Assembly: GCA_045598105.1 (NCBI GenBank)
Contig: JAZLLK010000087.1
Span: forward strand, 11,772 to 75,771
From: Bacteroidales bacterium
Lineage (GTDB): Bacteria; Bacteroidota; Bacteroidia; Bacteroidales; WCHB1-69
Length of the DNA stretch: 64,000 nt
Reading direction: 5' to 3'
Position numbers and translations under genes: made by a program. How positions within the stretch are numbered: the stretch's first letter is position 1; every line of letters starts with the position of its first letter. Shown here one piece after another: positions 47,620-58,393 of this stretch. The notes below the pieces were generated by a model. That model saw only the letters and a program-made list of their open reading frames with translations. It had not been told where the DNA came from and made no database searches.

Positions 47620-50600
47620 ATGATAGTATTTTTTCAAAAGGAGTCCACTTATTATATAGTTGAGACAGAGCACGCTTTTAATGCAGAAGAGCAGTTGAAG
47701 TTATCCTGGCTGTTCTCCGGTGCCAAAATAATGGAGCAGAACATGATAGAGGGTGTATTTATAGGTCCTCGTAAAGAAATGATAACCCCTTGGAGTACCA
47801 ATGCGGTGGAAATAACCCAAAATATAGGTTTGAAAGGCATAAGCAGAATAGAACAATTTGAAAAAGTATTGTCTCCGGAACCTGATGTTACTGCCGAAGC
47901 GTATGCGAATAAGATATATGATCCTATGTTGCAAAATGTATATATAGGCTTGTACCAAAGCACATTTGAGCAAACCATGAAAGCCGAGCCCATAAAATAC
48001 ATAGATGATTTGCATGCATATACTAAGGAAGAGGGCTTAGCATTAAGTGAAAAGGAAATGGAGTATTTGGAAGGCTTGTCCCAAAGGCTGGGCCGTAAGC
48101 TTACCGATTCGGAAATATTCGGTTTTTCACAAGTGAATTCGGAACATTGTCGTCATAAAATATTTGGCGGTACATTCATTATAGATGGTGAAACCATGCC
48201 GGACTCCTTATTCGGTATGATAAAAAAGACCTCTAAGGAGCATCCTAATCGTTTGGTATCAGCATATAAAGATAATGTAGCCTTTGTGGAGGGGCCTCAG
48301 GCGGTTCAATTTGCTCCGGCTTCTGCCGATAAGGCCGATTGGTTTGGTGTAAAAGATATAAATACCGTAATATCTCTTAAGGCCGAAACGCATAATTTTC
48401 CCACTACGGTAGAGCCCTTTAACGGAGCTGCTACCGGTTCGGGTGGTGAAATAAGGGATCGTATGGCCGGTGGTATAGGTTCTATTCCTATGGCCGGTAC
48501 GGCGGTGTATATGACATCATATCCCCGTAATGACGAGCACAAGCCATGGGAAAAGAATATAGAAGCCCGTAAATGGTTATATCAAACTCCGGAAGAAATA
48601 CTCATTAAAGCATCAAACGGAGCCAGTGATTTTGGTAATAAATTCGGACAACCGCTTATATGCGGTTCATTGCTTACCTTTGAGCATACCGAAAATAAAA
48701 AGATATATGGCTTTGATAAAGTTATTATGCTTGCCGGCGGCATAGGTTTTGCCAATAAGGACCATGCTATTAAGCATGAGGCCGAGCCGGGTGAGAAGGT
48801 AGTGGTATTGGGCGGTGATAATTATCGTATAGGTATGGGTGGCGGTGCCGTATCATCGGTAGCTACAGGTGAATTTTCTAAAATGATAGAATTGAATGCC
48901 GTGCAGCGTTCTAATCCCGAAATGCAGAAACGTGTATTCAACGTGGTGAGGGCACTTACCGAAAATGAAACCAATCCCATAGTAAGCATACATGACCATG
49001 GTGCCGGCGGGCATTTGAACTGTTTGTCGGAATTGTTGGAAGAAACCGGTGGAAAAATAGATATAGACCAATTACCGGTAGGTGATAAAACATTATCGGC
49101 TAAAGAAATAGTGGGTAATGAGTCACAGGAAAGAATGGGTTTACTGCTACATGATGAAAATGTGGAAGAATTGCACCGCATAGCCGAACGCGAGCGAGCT
49201 CCCATGTATGTGGTAGGTGAATCTACTAATAATCACATGCTGGTATTTGAGCAAAAGCAGGCCGGAACTACACCTATTAACTTAACCATGAGTGACATGT
49301 TAGGTAATCCTCCTAAAACTGTTATACAAGATGTAACCGTACCTACCGAGTATAAGCCGGTAAATACTGTCCACGCTCAGGTGGAGCAGGCCGTAGCCGA
49401 TGTATTCCGCTTGGAGGCTGTAGGCTGCAAGGATTGGCTTACCAATAAGGTGGACCGTTCCGTTACCGGTAAAATAGCCCGTCAGCAGTGTTGCGGTTCT
49501 TTACAGTTGCCATTGAGTGACTTAGGCGCTGTAGCCATAGATTATCATGGTACTAAAGGTATAGCCACTTCACTGGGGCATGCTCCTGCCACTGCTTTAA
49601 TTAATGCGGAACATGGTTCGGTAATGTCAATAAGTGAAGCGCTTACCAATATAGTATGGGCTCCGCTACAGGGGGGATTAAATGCCGTATCATTGAGTGC
49701 CAATTGGATGTGGCCCAGCAAGAACAAAGGAGAAGATGCCCGCCTGTATAAGGCTGTGCGTGCCGCTTCGGATTTTGCCTGTCAATTAGGTATTAATATA
49801 CCTACAGGTAAGGATTCATTGTCTATGACCCAAAAGTATCCTGACGGCAAGGTAGTGTATTCACCCGGTACTATTATAGCTACAGCAGTAGGTGAGGTGG
49901 AAGATGTGAAAAAAATAGTAACGCCTAATGTAAAATTGCAGGATGAAAGCCGCATGGTATATATTGATTTTTCTTCTGACAGCTTTAAATTGGGTGGTAG
50001 CAGTTATGCGCAAACTCAAAATATGCTGGGTAATGAAACGCCTACAGTTAAAGATGTAAATTACTTTAAACAGGCCTTTGCTGCCATACAATCACTAATA
50101 CAAAGCGGAAAAATATTGGCCGGTCATGATATATCAGCCGGTGGTATGGTTACTGCCATGTTTGAAATGGTGTTTGGAGATAATTGTGTGGGCTTGGATA
50201 TGAATTTGTCGGGTATGCCCGAAAAGGATATATTTAAAGTACTGTTTGCCGAAAATGCGGGTGTGCTTATACAAATAGCCAAAGACGATAATGAAGTGTT
50301 ACCTTTCCTGAGTAAACAGGGCATACGTTATGTGGAAATAGGTAAGGTAAATACCCGTTCACATCATGCGGTGGTTAATATAGCATTTGGGGACCATACT
50401 TATAAGTTCGGGGTAGATGAATATCGTGATGTATGGTATGAATCATCTTATTTATTGGATTGTCGTCAGTCAGGTGATAAAAAGGCATTGGAACGTTATG
50501 ACAATTATAAAAACCAGCAGCTTGTATATCGTTTTCCTGACCATTTTACCGGTAAAATGGCTCAATATGGTATAGCCGAAGGCAAAACCAATGGAGTAAA

Positions 50601-51348
50601 AGCCGCCATAGTAAGAGAAAAAGGCACTAATGGCGATAGGGAAATGGCATATAGCTTGTATTTGGCCGGTTTTGAGGTAAAGGATATACACGTAACCGAC
50701 CTTATGTCGGGGCGTGAAAATTTGGAAGATGTGAGCATGGTGGTGTTCCCCGGCGGCTTCTCCCATTCTGATGTATTGGGTTCGGCTAAGGGTTTTGCCA
50801 GCTCCTTCCTTTTCAATGATAATGCCAAAAATGCCCTGAAGAACTTTTTTGCCCGAAAAAATACCCTGAGTTTGGGTGTGTGTAACGGATGTCAGCTCAT
50901 GGTGGAATTAGGGCTCATAGCTGATGCTCATGACCAATTACGTCCTATAATGATGCACAATGATTCACATAAGTTTGAGTCAAACTTTGTAAATGTGGAT
51001 ATCACCGATAATCACTCTGTAATGCTGTCCTCGTTAAAGGGCAGCCGATTGGGTATATGGATAGCACATGGTGAAGGAAAATTCCATTTACCTTATGAGG
51101 AGGACCATTATCACATTCCTATGAAGTACAGTTATTCTGCCTATCCGGGTAACCCTAACGGGTCGGCTTATAATGTGGCAGCCTTGTGTAGTGAAGACGG
51201 CAGGCATTTGGCCATGATGCCACACTTGGAAAGAGCTATATTCGGTTGGCAGTGGGGGTATTATCCTTCCAATAGGGAGCAGGATGAAGTATCTCCATGG
51301 ATAGAGGCATTTGTAAATGCCCGTAAGTGGATAGAAGAGCATAAATGA
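47620..51348 (+). CDS. purL: Phosphoribosylformylglycinamidine synthase (large single-chain type)
   Basis: About 1240 aa, with a SEHCRHKIF N-terminal region, AIR-synthase-like repeats and a C-terminal glutaminase (LGVCNGCQ). The ORF track starts at a TTG at 47614. Confidence 0.95.
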   Translation: MIVFFQKESTYYIVETEHAFNAEEQLKLSWLFSGAKIMEQNMIEGVFIGPRKEMITPWSTNAVEITQNIGLKGISRIEQFEKVLSPEPDVTAEAYANKIYDPMLQNVYIGLYQSTFEQTMKAEPIKYIDDLHAYTKEEGLALSEKEMEYLEGLSQRLGRKLTDSEIFGFSQVNSEHCRHKIFGGTFIIDGETMPDSLFGMIKKTSKEHPNRLVSAYKDNVAFVEGPQAVQFAPASADKADWFGVKDINTVISLKAETHNFPTTVEPFNGAATGSGGEIRDRMAGGIGSIPMAGTAVYMTSYPRNDEHKPWEKNIEARKWLYQTPEEILIKASNGASDFGNKFGQPLICGSLLTFEHTENKKIYGFDKVIMLAGGIGFANKDHAIKHEAEPGEKVVVLGGDNYRIGMGGGAVSSVATGEFSKMIELNAVQRSNPEMQKRVFNVVRALTENETNPIVSIHDHGAGGHLNCLSELLEETGGKIDIDQLPVGDKTLSAKEIVGNESQERMGLLLHDENVEELHRIAERERAPMYVVGESTNNHMLVFEQKQAGTTPINLTMSDMLGNPPKTVIQDVTVPTEYKPVNTVHAQVEQAVADVFRLEAVGCKDWLTNKVDRSVTGKIARQQCCGSLQLPLSDLGAVAIDYHGTKGIATSLGHAPATALINAEHGSVMSISEALTNIVWAPLQGGLNAVSLSANWMWPSKNKGEDARLYKAVRAASDFACQLGINIPTGKDSLSMTQKYPDGKVVYSPGTIIATAVGEVEDVKKIVTPNVKLQDESRMVYIDFSSDSFKLGGSSYAQTQNMLGNETPTVKDVNYFKQAFAAIQSLIQSGKILAGHDISAGGMVTAMFEMVFGDNCVGLDMNLSGMPEKDIFKVLFAENAGVLIQIAKDDNEVLPFLSKQGIRYVEIGKVNTRSHHAVVNIAFGDHTYKFGVDEYRDVWYESSYLLDCRQSGDKKALERYDNYKNQQLVYRFPDHFTGKMAQYGIAEGKTNGVKAAIVREKGTNGDREMAYSLYLAGFEVKDIHVTDLMSGRENLEDVSMVVFPGGFSHSDVLGSAKGFASSFLFNDNAKNALKNFFARKNTLSLGVCNGCQLMVELGLIADAHDQLRPIMMHNDSHKFESNFVNVDITDNHSVMLSSLKGSRLGIWIAHGEGKFHLPYEEDHYHIPMKYSYSAYPGNPNGSAYNVAALCSEDGRHLAMMPHLERAIFGWQWGYYPSNREQDEVSPWIEAFVNARKWIEEHK

Positions 51349-52439
51349 GAATAGGGTTTGACGCTAAGCGAGCATATTTTAATACCAGCGGATTGGGCAA
51401 TTACAGCCGTAATATTATTACGGCTATAGTTGCTTCATATCCCTTACATCAGTATTATGCTTTTACTCCACCGGTATATAATAATATGTATAGTCCGGCA
51501 GGAGTAACCAGGGTAAGTCCGCAGTATGCCTGCATGGCCGGTGTGTGGCGTTATGCTCACATGGGTAAGGCAGCTAATGAGTTACACATAGATGTATTTC
51601 ATGGGCTTAGTAATGAATTACCTAAGGATATTTCGGCCTGTAAGGCCAAAAAAATAGTTACCATACACGATACCATATATATGCGTTATCCGCAGTGGTA
51701 TAAGTGGCATGACAGGCAAATGTATAGGCATAAAACAGCCGGAGCCTGTGAAGTAGCAGATGTAATAGTAGCTGCCAGTGAGCAAACTAAAAGTGATATT
51801 ATACAATATTTTAGGGCGTCTGAAAAAAAAATAGAGGTCGTGTATCAGCCTTGTAATCCGTTATTTACAGTATTGCCTACAGCCGATGATTGTGCTCGTG
51901 TGGCTTCCGCATATGCATTGCCGAATGACTATGTGCTTATGGTAGGCAATATAGAACCCCGTAAAAATATAATGGCAGTAATACAGGCCATAGAACAATA
52001 CATGCCACAGCAGTCACTGGTAATAGTAGGAAAAAACAATGCTTATGCGCAGCAATTGAAAGAATATGTAAAGCAGCACAACTTATCCGGCATACATTTT
52101 TGTCACGGGGTGAGCAATAATGAACTGTCGGCTATATACGCCATGGCAAAAGTATTGGTGTATCCTTCATGGTTTGAAGGTTTTGGTATACCTATTATAG
52201 AGGCCATGCATAGCGGAGTACCGGTAATTACAAGTAATAATTCCTGCTTTACCGAAACAGCGGGGAAGGCCGCCTTATATGTACAGCCGGATAATATAGG
52301 TGATATAGCCGAAAAAATAGCTGCCGTAAATAGCAGCAGTGCGTTAAGACATAGTATGATACAGGCAGGAAGGGAGCAGGTGAAGAAATTTGATGCTAAA
52401 ATTATAGCTCATCAGCTGATGCAAATATATGAAAGATAA
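51345..52439 (+). CDS. Glycosyltransferase family 4 (GT-B)
   Basis: EGFGIPIIEAM motif. ATGA overlap with purL. Confidence 0.85.
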   Translation: MRIGFDAKRAYFNTSGLGNYSRNIITAIVASYPLHQYYAFTPPVYNNMYSPAGVTRVSPQYACMAGVWRYAHMGKAANELHIDVFHGLSNELPKDISACKAKKIVTIHDTIYMRYPQWYKWHDRQMYRHKTAGACEVADVIVAASEQTKSDIIQYFRASEKKIEVVYQPCNPLFTVLPTADDCARVASAYALPNDYVLMVGNIEPRKNIMAVIQAIEQYMPQQSLVIVGKNNAYAQQLKEYVKQHNLSGIHFCHGVSNNELSAIYAMAKVLVYPSWFEGFGIPIIEAMHSGVPVITSNNSCFTETAGKAALYVQPDNIGDIAEKIAAVNSSSALRHSMIQAGREQVKKFDAKIIAHQLMQIYER

Positions 52440-52595
52440 CATATTTATTTTAAATATGTTATTATAAAAACACCATAAATATATTGTTTTTTTGTATATA
52501 TTGTATTCTTTTTTGTAACAACAAAAGAAAAAAATCTTTTTTTTATTTTTTTTGGTCGCAGGCCGTAAAAAACATAATGCTATAAAAAAAAGTGT

Positions 52596-52603
52596 TATCT
52601 TTG
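52596..52603 (+). promoter_or_regulatory. -7 box TAtcTTTG (tsaC)
   Basis: 69 nt upstream of the ATG at 52672. Confidence 0.45.
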
Positions 52604-52671
52604 CATTGTTATAATATGGAAGAGGAAGCGTTATATAGTACGTAATATATAAGAATATAAATAAAGGTAAA

Positions 52672-53253
52672 ATGATATCAGGTATCAATATAAGTGAAGA
52701 AATCATTAAAACGAACGAGTACCTTAAAAAGGGCTCGGTTATATTGTATCCTACTGATACGGTATGGGGTATAGGGTGTGACGCCACCAATACAAGCGCC
52801 ATTAATCGTATATTTGATATTAAAAAGCGTTCCAGCAGTAAAAGTTTTCTTATATTACTGGATGAGCCGGAAAAGTTGTCGTTATATGTGGAGCATATAC
52901 CTATTATTGCTTGGGATTTAATAGCACAGGCCAACAGGCCCACTACTTTTATATATTCAGGGGTTAAGAATTTACCGTCATCACTTATAGCAAGTGATAA
53001 CACCATAGCCATACGTATAGTAAAGAATGAATTTTGCAAAAAGCTCATCAGTTTATTTGGCAGGCCCATAGTGTCCACATCGGCTAATTTATCGGGGGAA
53101 CCCACGCCGGTAAGGTATCAGGATATAAGTGAGGAACTTAAAGGCAAAATGGATTATATAGTCAATCAGGAAATAGGCAGTATAGGTGATGTAAAGCCAT
53201 CTACCATTATTCGTTTTATTGATGATTATAACTTTGAAATAGTAAGAGATTAG
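52672..53253 (+). CDS. tsaC: L-threonylcarbamoyladenylate synthase (YrdC/TsaC type)
   Basis: YPTDTVWGIGCDA and VSTSANLSGEP. Confidence 0.9.
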   Translation: MISGINISEEIIKTNEYLKKGSVILYPTDTVWGIGCDATNTSAINRIFDIKKRSSSKSFLILLDEPEKLSLYVEHIPIIAWDLIAQANRPTTFIYSGVKNLPSSLIASDNTIAIRIVKNEFCKKLISLFGRPIVSTSANLSGEPTPVRYQDISEELKGKMDYIVNQEIGSIGDVKPSTIIRFIDDYNFEIVRD

Positions 53254-53280
53254 CATTTATTATATAGGTTTACCCGTGTT

Positions 53281-54246
53281 ATGACTGAAGATATTATAAG
53301 CATACAGCCGCAAAACATGATAGATATATGTGGAGTAAATAATGAAAACATAGATTTGTTACGCCGTATATATCCGCAGGTAAAGCTGGTAGCCAGGGGT
53401 AATGAAATTAAAGTATTGGGTTCGCAGGCTCAAATAGAGGAGGTGCAGCACTTATTTGAAGTATTATTACAATGGTATGAAAAGCACGGGGATCTTACTG
53501 AAAATGATATAGTTCGTTTGGTAGAAAAGGGTGATGAATTTTTAATGGTAGCTCAAAACGAGCAGGCCGATGGTGATTTTATATTGCGAGGCCGGGACGG
53601 CCAAAGCATAAGAGCCCGCACCGTAAATCAGCTTAAAATGGTGCAGGGAATACAAAAGAACGATATGATATTTGCCATAGGGCCTGCCGGTACGGGCAAA
53701 ACCTATACTGCAGTAGCCCTGGCGGTACGGGCTTTGCGTAATAAGGAAATAAAACGCATAGTGCTTACCCGTCCTGCAGTGGAAGCCGGTGAAAATTTAG
53801 GTTTTTTGCCCGGTGATGTACAGGATAAATTAGATCCTTATTTACAGCCTTTATATGATGCTTTGCGGGATATGATACCTCCACAAAAGTTGTTATCATA
53901 CGTGGAAGATAAAACTATAGAAATAGCCCCTTTGGCATTTATGCGAGGGCGTACGCTTGACAATGCCTACGTAATATTAGACGAAGCTCAAAATGCCACT
54001 GCTACACAGCTCAAAATGTTTCTTACCCGTATGGGTAAAAATGCCAAATTCCTCATTACGGGGGACCTTACGCAAATAGACCTGCCCAAGCACCAAACAT
54101 CAGGGCTGCCTTCGGCTATAAAAATATTACAAAATATTAGTGGTATAGATATTATCATGTTAGATAAAAGTGATGTGGTAAGGCATCCTTTGGTGTCGGC
54201 TATTATACAGGCATACGAAAATAGTGAAACCGATAATAATAAATAG
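53281..54246 (+). CDS. phoH: PhoH family ATPase
   Basis: Walker A GPAGTGKTY, ILDEAQN and ITGDLTQIDLP. Confidence 0.9.
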   Translation: MTEDIISIQPQNMIDICGVNNENIDLLRRIYPQVKLVARGNEIKVLGSQAQIEEVQHLFEVLLQWYEKHGDLTENDIVRLVEKGDEFLMVAQNEQADGDFILRGRDGQSIRARTVNQLKMVQGIQKNDMIFAIGPAGTGKTYTAVALAVRALRNKEIKRIVLTRPAVEAGENLGFLPGDVQDKLDPYLQPLYDALRDMIPPQKLLSYVEDKTIEIAPLAFMRGRTLDNAYVILDEAQNATATQLKMFLTRMGKNAKFLITGDLTQIDLPKHQTSGLPSAIKILQNISGIDIIMLDKSDVVRHPLVSAIIQAYENSETDNNK

Positions 54247-54249
54247 TAC

Positions 54250-55302
54250 ATGCATAAGCGTACAGGTATAGGAATGGCGGTAATGCTGTTAATGCTGAAT
54301 ATATCGGCACAAACGGGCGGCAAAACGGTATATAATTTCTTGGATATGCCGGTGTCGGCACGTCAGGCGGCATTGGGAAGCCACATGGTAGCTCTATATG
54401 ACCATACCGATGCTTCTATGGTTATACTCAATCCCTCCATGTTACATGCATCCATGAGCACGGGGCTGGCCGTGAACTGTGTGGACTATTATAGTGACGC
54501 CGTATATGGACACGCCAATTATATACAGCATTTTAACAAAGCCGGTACTTTTAATTTTGCTTTTCAATTTGCCACCTATGGCAAATTTGATGCTTATGAT
54601 GAAACCGGAGAGCCGGCCGGTACCTTCAGCGCCGGAGATTATGCTTTATATGTAGGTTATGGTCGTGAACTTATAGATAGTACCTTTGCCTTGGGAGTAA
54701 ATATCAAAACCATATTTTCCAATTATGCCGGTTATTTTTCGTCAGGGCTGGCCGTAGATATGGCGGCTTCCTACTATTGTTGTCCTAAAAACATAGCTTT
54801 AAGCTTGCTTATAAAGAATGTGGGCGCTCAATTCAATGCTTATGACGGCCTTAGAGAAAAGCTCCCGTTTGATATTCAGCTGGCTTTTTCTCAGCGTTTG
54901 CAGCATTTGCCCGTAAGGTATCACATTATATTACATCATTTATACACATGGAATATGCTGTATAATGACCCTAATGACCCTTTTGCCTCTACCGATATGT
55001 CCACCGGTAAGGTGGTAGAAAAAAGTAAAGGCAAAAAGTTCGCTACCAATTTGTTTCGTCACATTGGCTTTGCTTTGGAAATAATGCCGGTGAAATATGT
55101 ATCACTGCAGGCAGGCTTTGATTATGACACCCGTTATCAAATGCGTACCTATGCCAAAAAAGGCCTTGTAGGGTTTTCCTATGGTGTGGGCCTGCATTTT
55201 TATCATTTTAATATATATTATGGGCGTAACCATAATAACCTCGCCTCTACCCCTAATTATTTTACGATTTCAACCAATATTAATGAATTTTTAATCAAAT
55301 AA
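54250..55302 (+). CDS. porQ: PorQ-like type IX secretion outer-membrane beta-barrel protein
   Basis: Signal peptide, N-terminal YNFLDMPVSARQAALGS as recalled for the PorQ family, beta-barrel-like periodicity, and about 340 aa. Confidence 0.55.
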   Translation: MHKRTGIGMAVMLLMLNISAQTGGKTVYNFLDMPVSARQAALGSHMVALYDHTDASMVILNPSMLHASMSTGLAVNCVDYYSDAVYGHANYIQHFNKAGTFNFAFQFATYGKFDAYDETGEPAGTFSAGDYALYVGYGRELIDSTFALGVNIKTIFSNYAGYFSSGLAVDMAASYYCCPKNIALSLLIKNVGAQFNAYDGLREKLPFDIQLAFSQRLQHLPVRYHIILHHLYTWNMLYNDPNDPFASTDMSTGKVVEKSKGKKFATNLFRHIGFALEIMPVKYVSLQAGFDYDTRYQMRTYAKKGLVGFSYGVGLHFYHFNIYYGRNHNNLASTPNYFTISTNINEFLIK

Positions 55303-55308
55303 CATATT

Positions 55309-55830
55309 ATGAATGAATTAGCAATTGTCCTTATTAGTTTTGTACCTGCCGTATTAGTGGCTTTAACCGCTTATTATGTTCTTAAAATAAATCAGGAAAA
55401 AGAATTGCGTATAATGACGCTGAATTTTAAGCAGGAAAACAAAAAAATAATTAATCCCATACGTTTGCAGGCCTATGAAAGAGTGGCCTTGTTTTTAGAG
55501 CGTATGCGTCCCGAAAGTTTATTGCTGAGAGTATCAAGCAGCGAATTGTCGGCTGTGCAATATCGTATATTGCTTTTGGCTAATATACGCAGCGAATTTG
55601 AGCATAATTTATCACAACAGGTGTATATATCCGGCTTGCTATGGCAAACAACCAAAGCCGCCAAGGAAGACTTATTCAAAATAATTAATTTGGCTTCAGG
55701 CAGGGTAGCAGATAATGCTACAGGTGCCGATTTGGCTGCCAAAATACTGGAATTGAATATAGAGCAGCCCATACAGCCTATAGATGAAGCCTTGGATTTG
55801 CTCCGAAAAGAAATAACGGAACTGTATTAG
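55309..55830 (+). CDS. Hypothetical protein with N-terminal TM anchor
   Basis: Good coding pattern but no recognisable motif. Confidence 0.5.
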   Translation: MNELAIVLISFVPAVLVALTAYYVLKINQEKELRIMTLNFKQENKKIINPIRLQAYERVALFLERMRPESLLLRVSSSELSAVQYRILLLANIRSEFEHNLSQQVYISGLLWQTTKAAKEDLFKIINLASGRVADNATGADLAAKILELNIEQPIQPIDEALDLLRKEITELY

Positions 55831-55848
55831 CAGTAAAGCAAGCGGGGA

Positions 55849-55885
55849 ATTATAAAAAAAGAGTAAGCGTTATATGTAACACTTA
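55849..55885. terminator. Bidirectional terminator hairpin
   Basis: GAGTAAG-C-GTTA ... TAAC-A-CTTACTC with flanking A and T runs, between convergent genes. Confidence 0.55.
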
Positions 55886-55920
55886 CTCTTTTACTTTGTG
55901 TCCTACTAAAAATGTAACGA

Positions 55921-56091
55921 TTATTCGGGTTGAATAGCATCACAAGGGCATACGCCGGCGCATGAACCGCAACTAACGCATTCGTCAGGATTGATAGAAT
56001 ATACATCACCTTCAGAAATAGCACCTACAGGACATTCATCTTTACATGTACCACAACCGGCACATACATCAGGATTAATTTTATAAGCCAT
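55921..56091 (-). CDS. Small 2x[4Fe-4S] ferredoxin (56 aa; absent from the ORF track)
   Basis: The reverse strand translates to MAYKINPDVCAGCGTCKDECPVGAISEGDVYSINPDECVSCGSCAGVCPCDAIQPE. It has two CxxCxxCxxxCP motifs and a minus-strand TActTTTG box at 56126-56133. Confidence 0.9.
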   Translation of the reverse strand: MAYKINPDVCAGCGTCKDECPVGAISEGDVYSINPDECVSCGSCAGVCPCDAIQPE

Positions 56092-56386
56092 ATCTGTTAC
56101 TTTTTTTTAATTTGTTTAATTATTGCAAAAGTAGCAAGATTAGTTGTATGTTTTAAATAAAATGCAAAATTTAAAATTATTCCTAATAATTACATTTTAA
56201 ACACATGATATTCAATATTATTATATTTTTTCATAAATTTTTTCAGGACTATAAAAAAACATTAGCAGGTCGGTTTGACCGTTAATATGGGTATAATTTT
56301 ACCTTTTTAAAAGGCATTTTGCATGGTTTAACAATAATTAAAGTGATATTTCGTTTTATAATCATATAATAACAGGCACAGCAATT

Positions 56387-57472
56387 ATGAAATATAAGGT
56401 AGGTGATAAAGTAAAATTTTTGAATGAAGTAGGTGGAGGCGTTATTAAAAAAATATTGTCGCCCACCATGGTAGAAGTAGCTATGGAAGACGGGTTTGAC
56501 ATGCCCGTGTCAACCGCTGAAATATTACCTGCTCAATCAGAAGATATTAAGGCTTCGGTATTCAATCAGGATTTTCATGTAGATGAGGAGCAGTTGAAGG
56601 TAGAAGCAGGAGGTGGAGAAGAATATGAGCGGGAAACAAAATTGCAAAAATTGTCTTCGCTTCAAAATAAGCAGGGAGGCATATATTTGGCCTATGTACC
56701 GCATGATCAGGTGTGGTTGTTAAAGGATGATATAGATCTCTATTTGGTGAATTTTACTTCCTATGAGGTGTTATATAGTTTTACCATAGTGCACGAGGAC
56801 GGAAGCTGTAGTAATGTGGATTACGGTAATATTATGCCTCAAAGCAAGGTACTTATGCAAACCATAGCCCGCAGTGATATAGAGCAATGGTTGCACGGGT
56901 ATGTGCAGGTGTTGTTCATGAAGGAAGCCGATACGGATATATGTATGCCTATGCATCAGGAATTCAAGGTAAAAATGCTTCGATTTATGAAGCAGGAATC
57001 TTTTTCGGCCTGTAATTTTTTGGCCGAAAAGTCGGTGCTCATATATGTAGGTACTCCTGCCAAAAATGGAAGTTTTGCTAATATACAGGCACAAAAAGAC
57101 GACACCATAGCCGAGCAAATGCAGCAGCCTAAGCAGATAAAAAAAGTTTCATCTTTGCAGGAGTATGAAACAGCCCGTGGAGAGCTGGAAGTGGATTTGC
57201 ATATAGAATCATTGGTAGACAACCATAGCGGTTATAGTTCATCACAAATAATAGATATACAAAAGAAAAAAATAATTCACACTATGGAGAATGCCATAAC
57301 GGACCATTATAAAAAAGTGGTGTTTATTCATGGCGTGGGTAATGGTACTTTAAAGCAGGAATTGCTAAAAATACTTAAGCAGTATCAAAATATACACTAT
57401 TTTGATGCTTCCATGAATAAGTACGGCTGTGGTGCCACCGAAGTATTAATAGGCAATAATTGTAAATTATAA
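56387..57472 (+). CDS. Smr-domain protein (DUF2027-like N-terminus plus C-terminal Smr nuclease domain)
   Basis: C-terminal ELEVDLHIESL...KVVFIHGVGNGTLKQEL is Smr-like. Confidence 0.7.
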   Translation: MKYKVGDKVKFLNEVGGGVIKKILSPTMVEVAMEDGFDMPVSTAEILPAQSEDIKASVFNQDFHVDEEQLKVEAGGGEEYERETKLQKLSSLQNKQGGIYLAYVPHDQVWLLKDDIDLYLVNFTSYEVLYSFTIVHEDGSCSNVDYGNIMPQSKVLMQTIARSDIEQWLHGYVQVLFMKEADTDICMPMHQEFKVKMLRFMKQESFSACNFLAEKSVLIYVGTPAKNGSFANIQAQKDDTIAEQMQQPKQIKKVSSLQEYETARGELEVDLHIESLVDNHSGYSSSQIIDIQKKKIIHTMENAITDHYKKVVFIHGVGNGTLKQELLKILKQYQNIHYFDASMNKYGCGATEVLIGNNCKL

Positions 57473-57477
57473 TTTTC

Positions 57478-57912
57478 TTACTGTATAGGGGAAACAGGAG
57501 TGTGGTATTGAGTGAGCATAAAGTAATGTTTGCGTATGCTCCATTCATATATAAGCCAAAATATAAAGTATCCGTTAGTAAATATTTTATATGCTATATT
57601 CCATGGATGAGGCAGGCTGAAAAAGCAGTCGGCTATCCATAGTATCATATCTATGCAGAACAATATATCCCACCATTTTTCCTTATCGCCAAATTCTACC
57701 ACATGTGTGTAGTGTTCTTGCGGGTGCACATTGGCTTTGGCATATATGTAAGGTATCATGCTTCCTATGGTAAGCGTATAGCAGCCTTCAGGGAGGTGTA
57801 TATTAAGTTCACGGGTATTCATAATACCCACTAATTGATTATTAATAAATATTTTATGAGGTATTTTTAATGCAAATTTACTCTTTTTTTGCCTTATAAC
57901 AAGGGTAGCCAT
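57478..57912 (-). CDS. Hypothetical membrane protein
   Basis: Two C-terminal hydrophobic helices. Last gene of the tetR-DUF2147 operon. Confidence 0.45.
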   Translation of the reverse strand: MATLVIRQKKSKFALKIPHKIFINNQLVGIMNTRELNIHLPEGCYTLTIGSMIPYIYAKANVHPQEHYTHVVEFGDKEKWWDILFCIDMILWIADCFFSLPHPWNIAYKIFTNGYFIFWLIYEWSIRKHYFMLTQYHTPVSPIQ

Positions 57913-57915
57913 GGT

Positions 57916-58392
57916 TTAACGGGAAATTTTTTTCCAATATACTGTTCTTCCTAAAGCCGGAGTGCCTATATAGCCTCGCACTTTCAGCTTATTGGGGGCC
58001 TCAAATTTCATTTTGCATTTATATATTCTGCCGTGTATGGGGTCATATACCTTGCCGTTAATCCATTCACCGGTAGCAGGGTTAAAAGTAAAGTCCCATA
58101 GCAGTTGTATTTTGTTTCCAGGTGTGTTACGCAGGTTTTTGTCCGGGTTGTTTATATCGGTTTTCATGGTGCCGTCCGGGTAGTATAAATTTTTAACCCA
58201 TATAATTTTTCCGGCATAGGTGTTATGATTGGTAAGGTATATTTTTACCCTTGATTCTTCCTTGGTTTCTTCATCTGTTACGGAATATATGCCTGCTATG
58301 CTGTCTTGGGCTACCTGAGCCATAAGCGGGCTGTGGTTATATACGGCGCACAGTATAAATAGAATAATGCTGATATATGTTTTTTTGTTCAT
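57916..58392 (-). CDS. DUF2147 domain protein (secreted)
   Basis: Signal peptide and GKVYDPIHGRIYKCKM...LKVRGYIG...GRTVYWKK signature. Confidence 0.75.
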   Translation of the reverse strand: MNKKTYISIILFILCAVYNHSPLMAQVAQDSIAGIYSVTDEETKEESRVKIYLTNHNTYAGKIIWVKNLYYPDGTMKTDINNPDKNLRNTPGNKIQLLWDFTFNPATGEWINGKVYDPIHGRIYKCKMKFEAPNKLKVRGYIGTPALGRTVYWKKISR

Positions 58393-58393
58393 G

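Noticed and set aside
52344-53105. A 253-aa minus-strand ORF overlapping the end of the GT4 gene, the AT-rich spacer and most of tsaC.
   Set aside because: It is antisense to two genes that have clear family motifs. Its own sequence is low-complexity (KKNKKKIFFF, IYLW) and it has no promoter box, so it is a shadow ORF.
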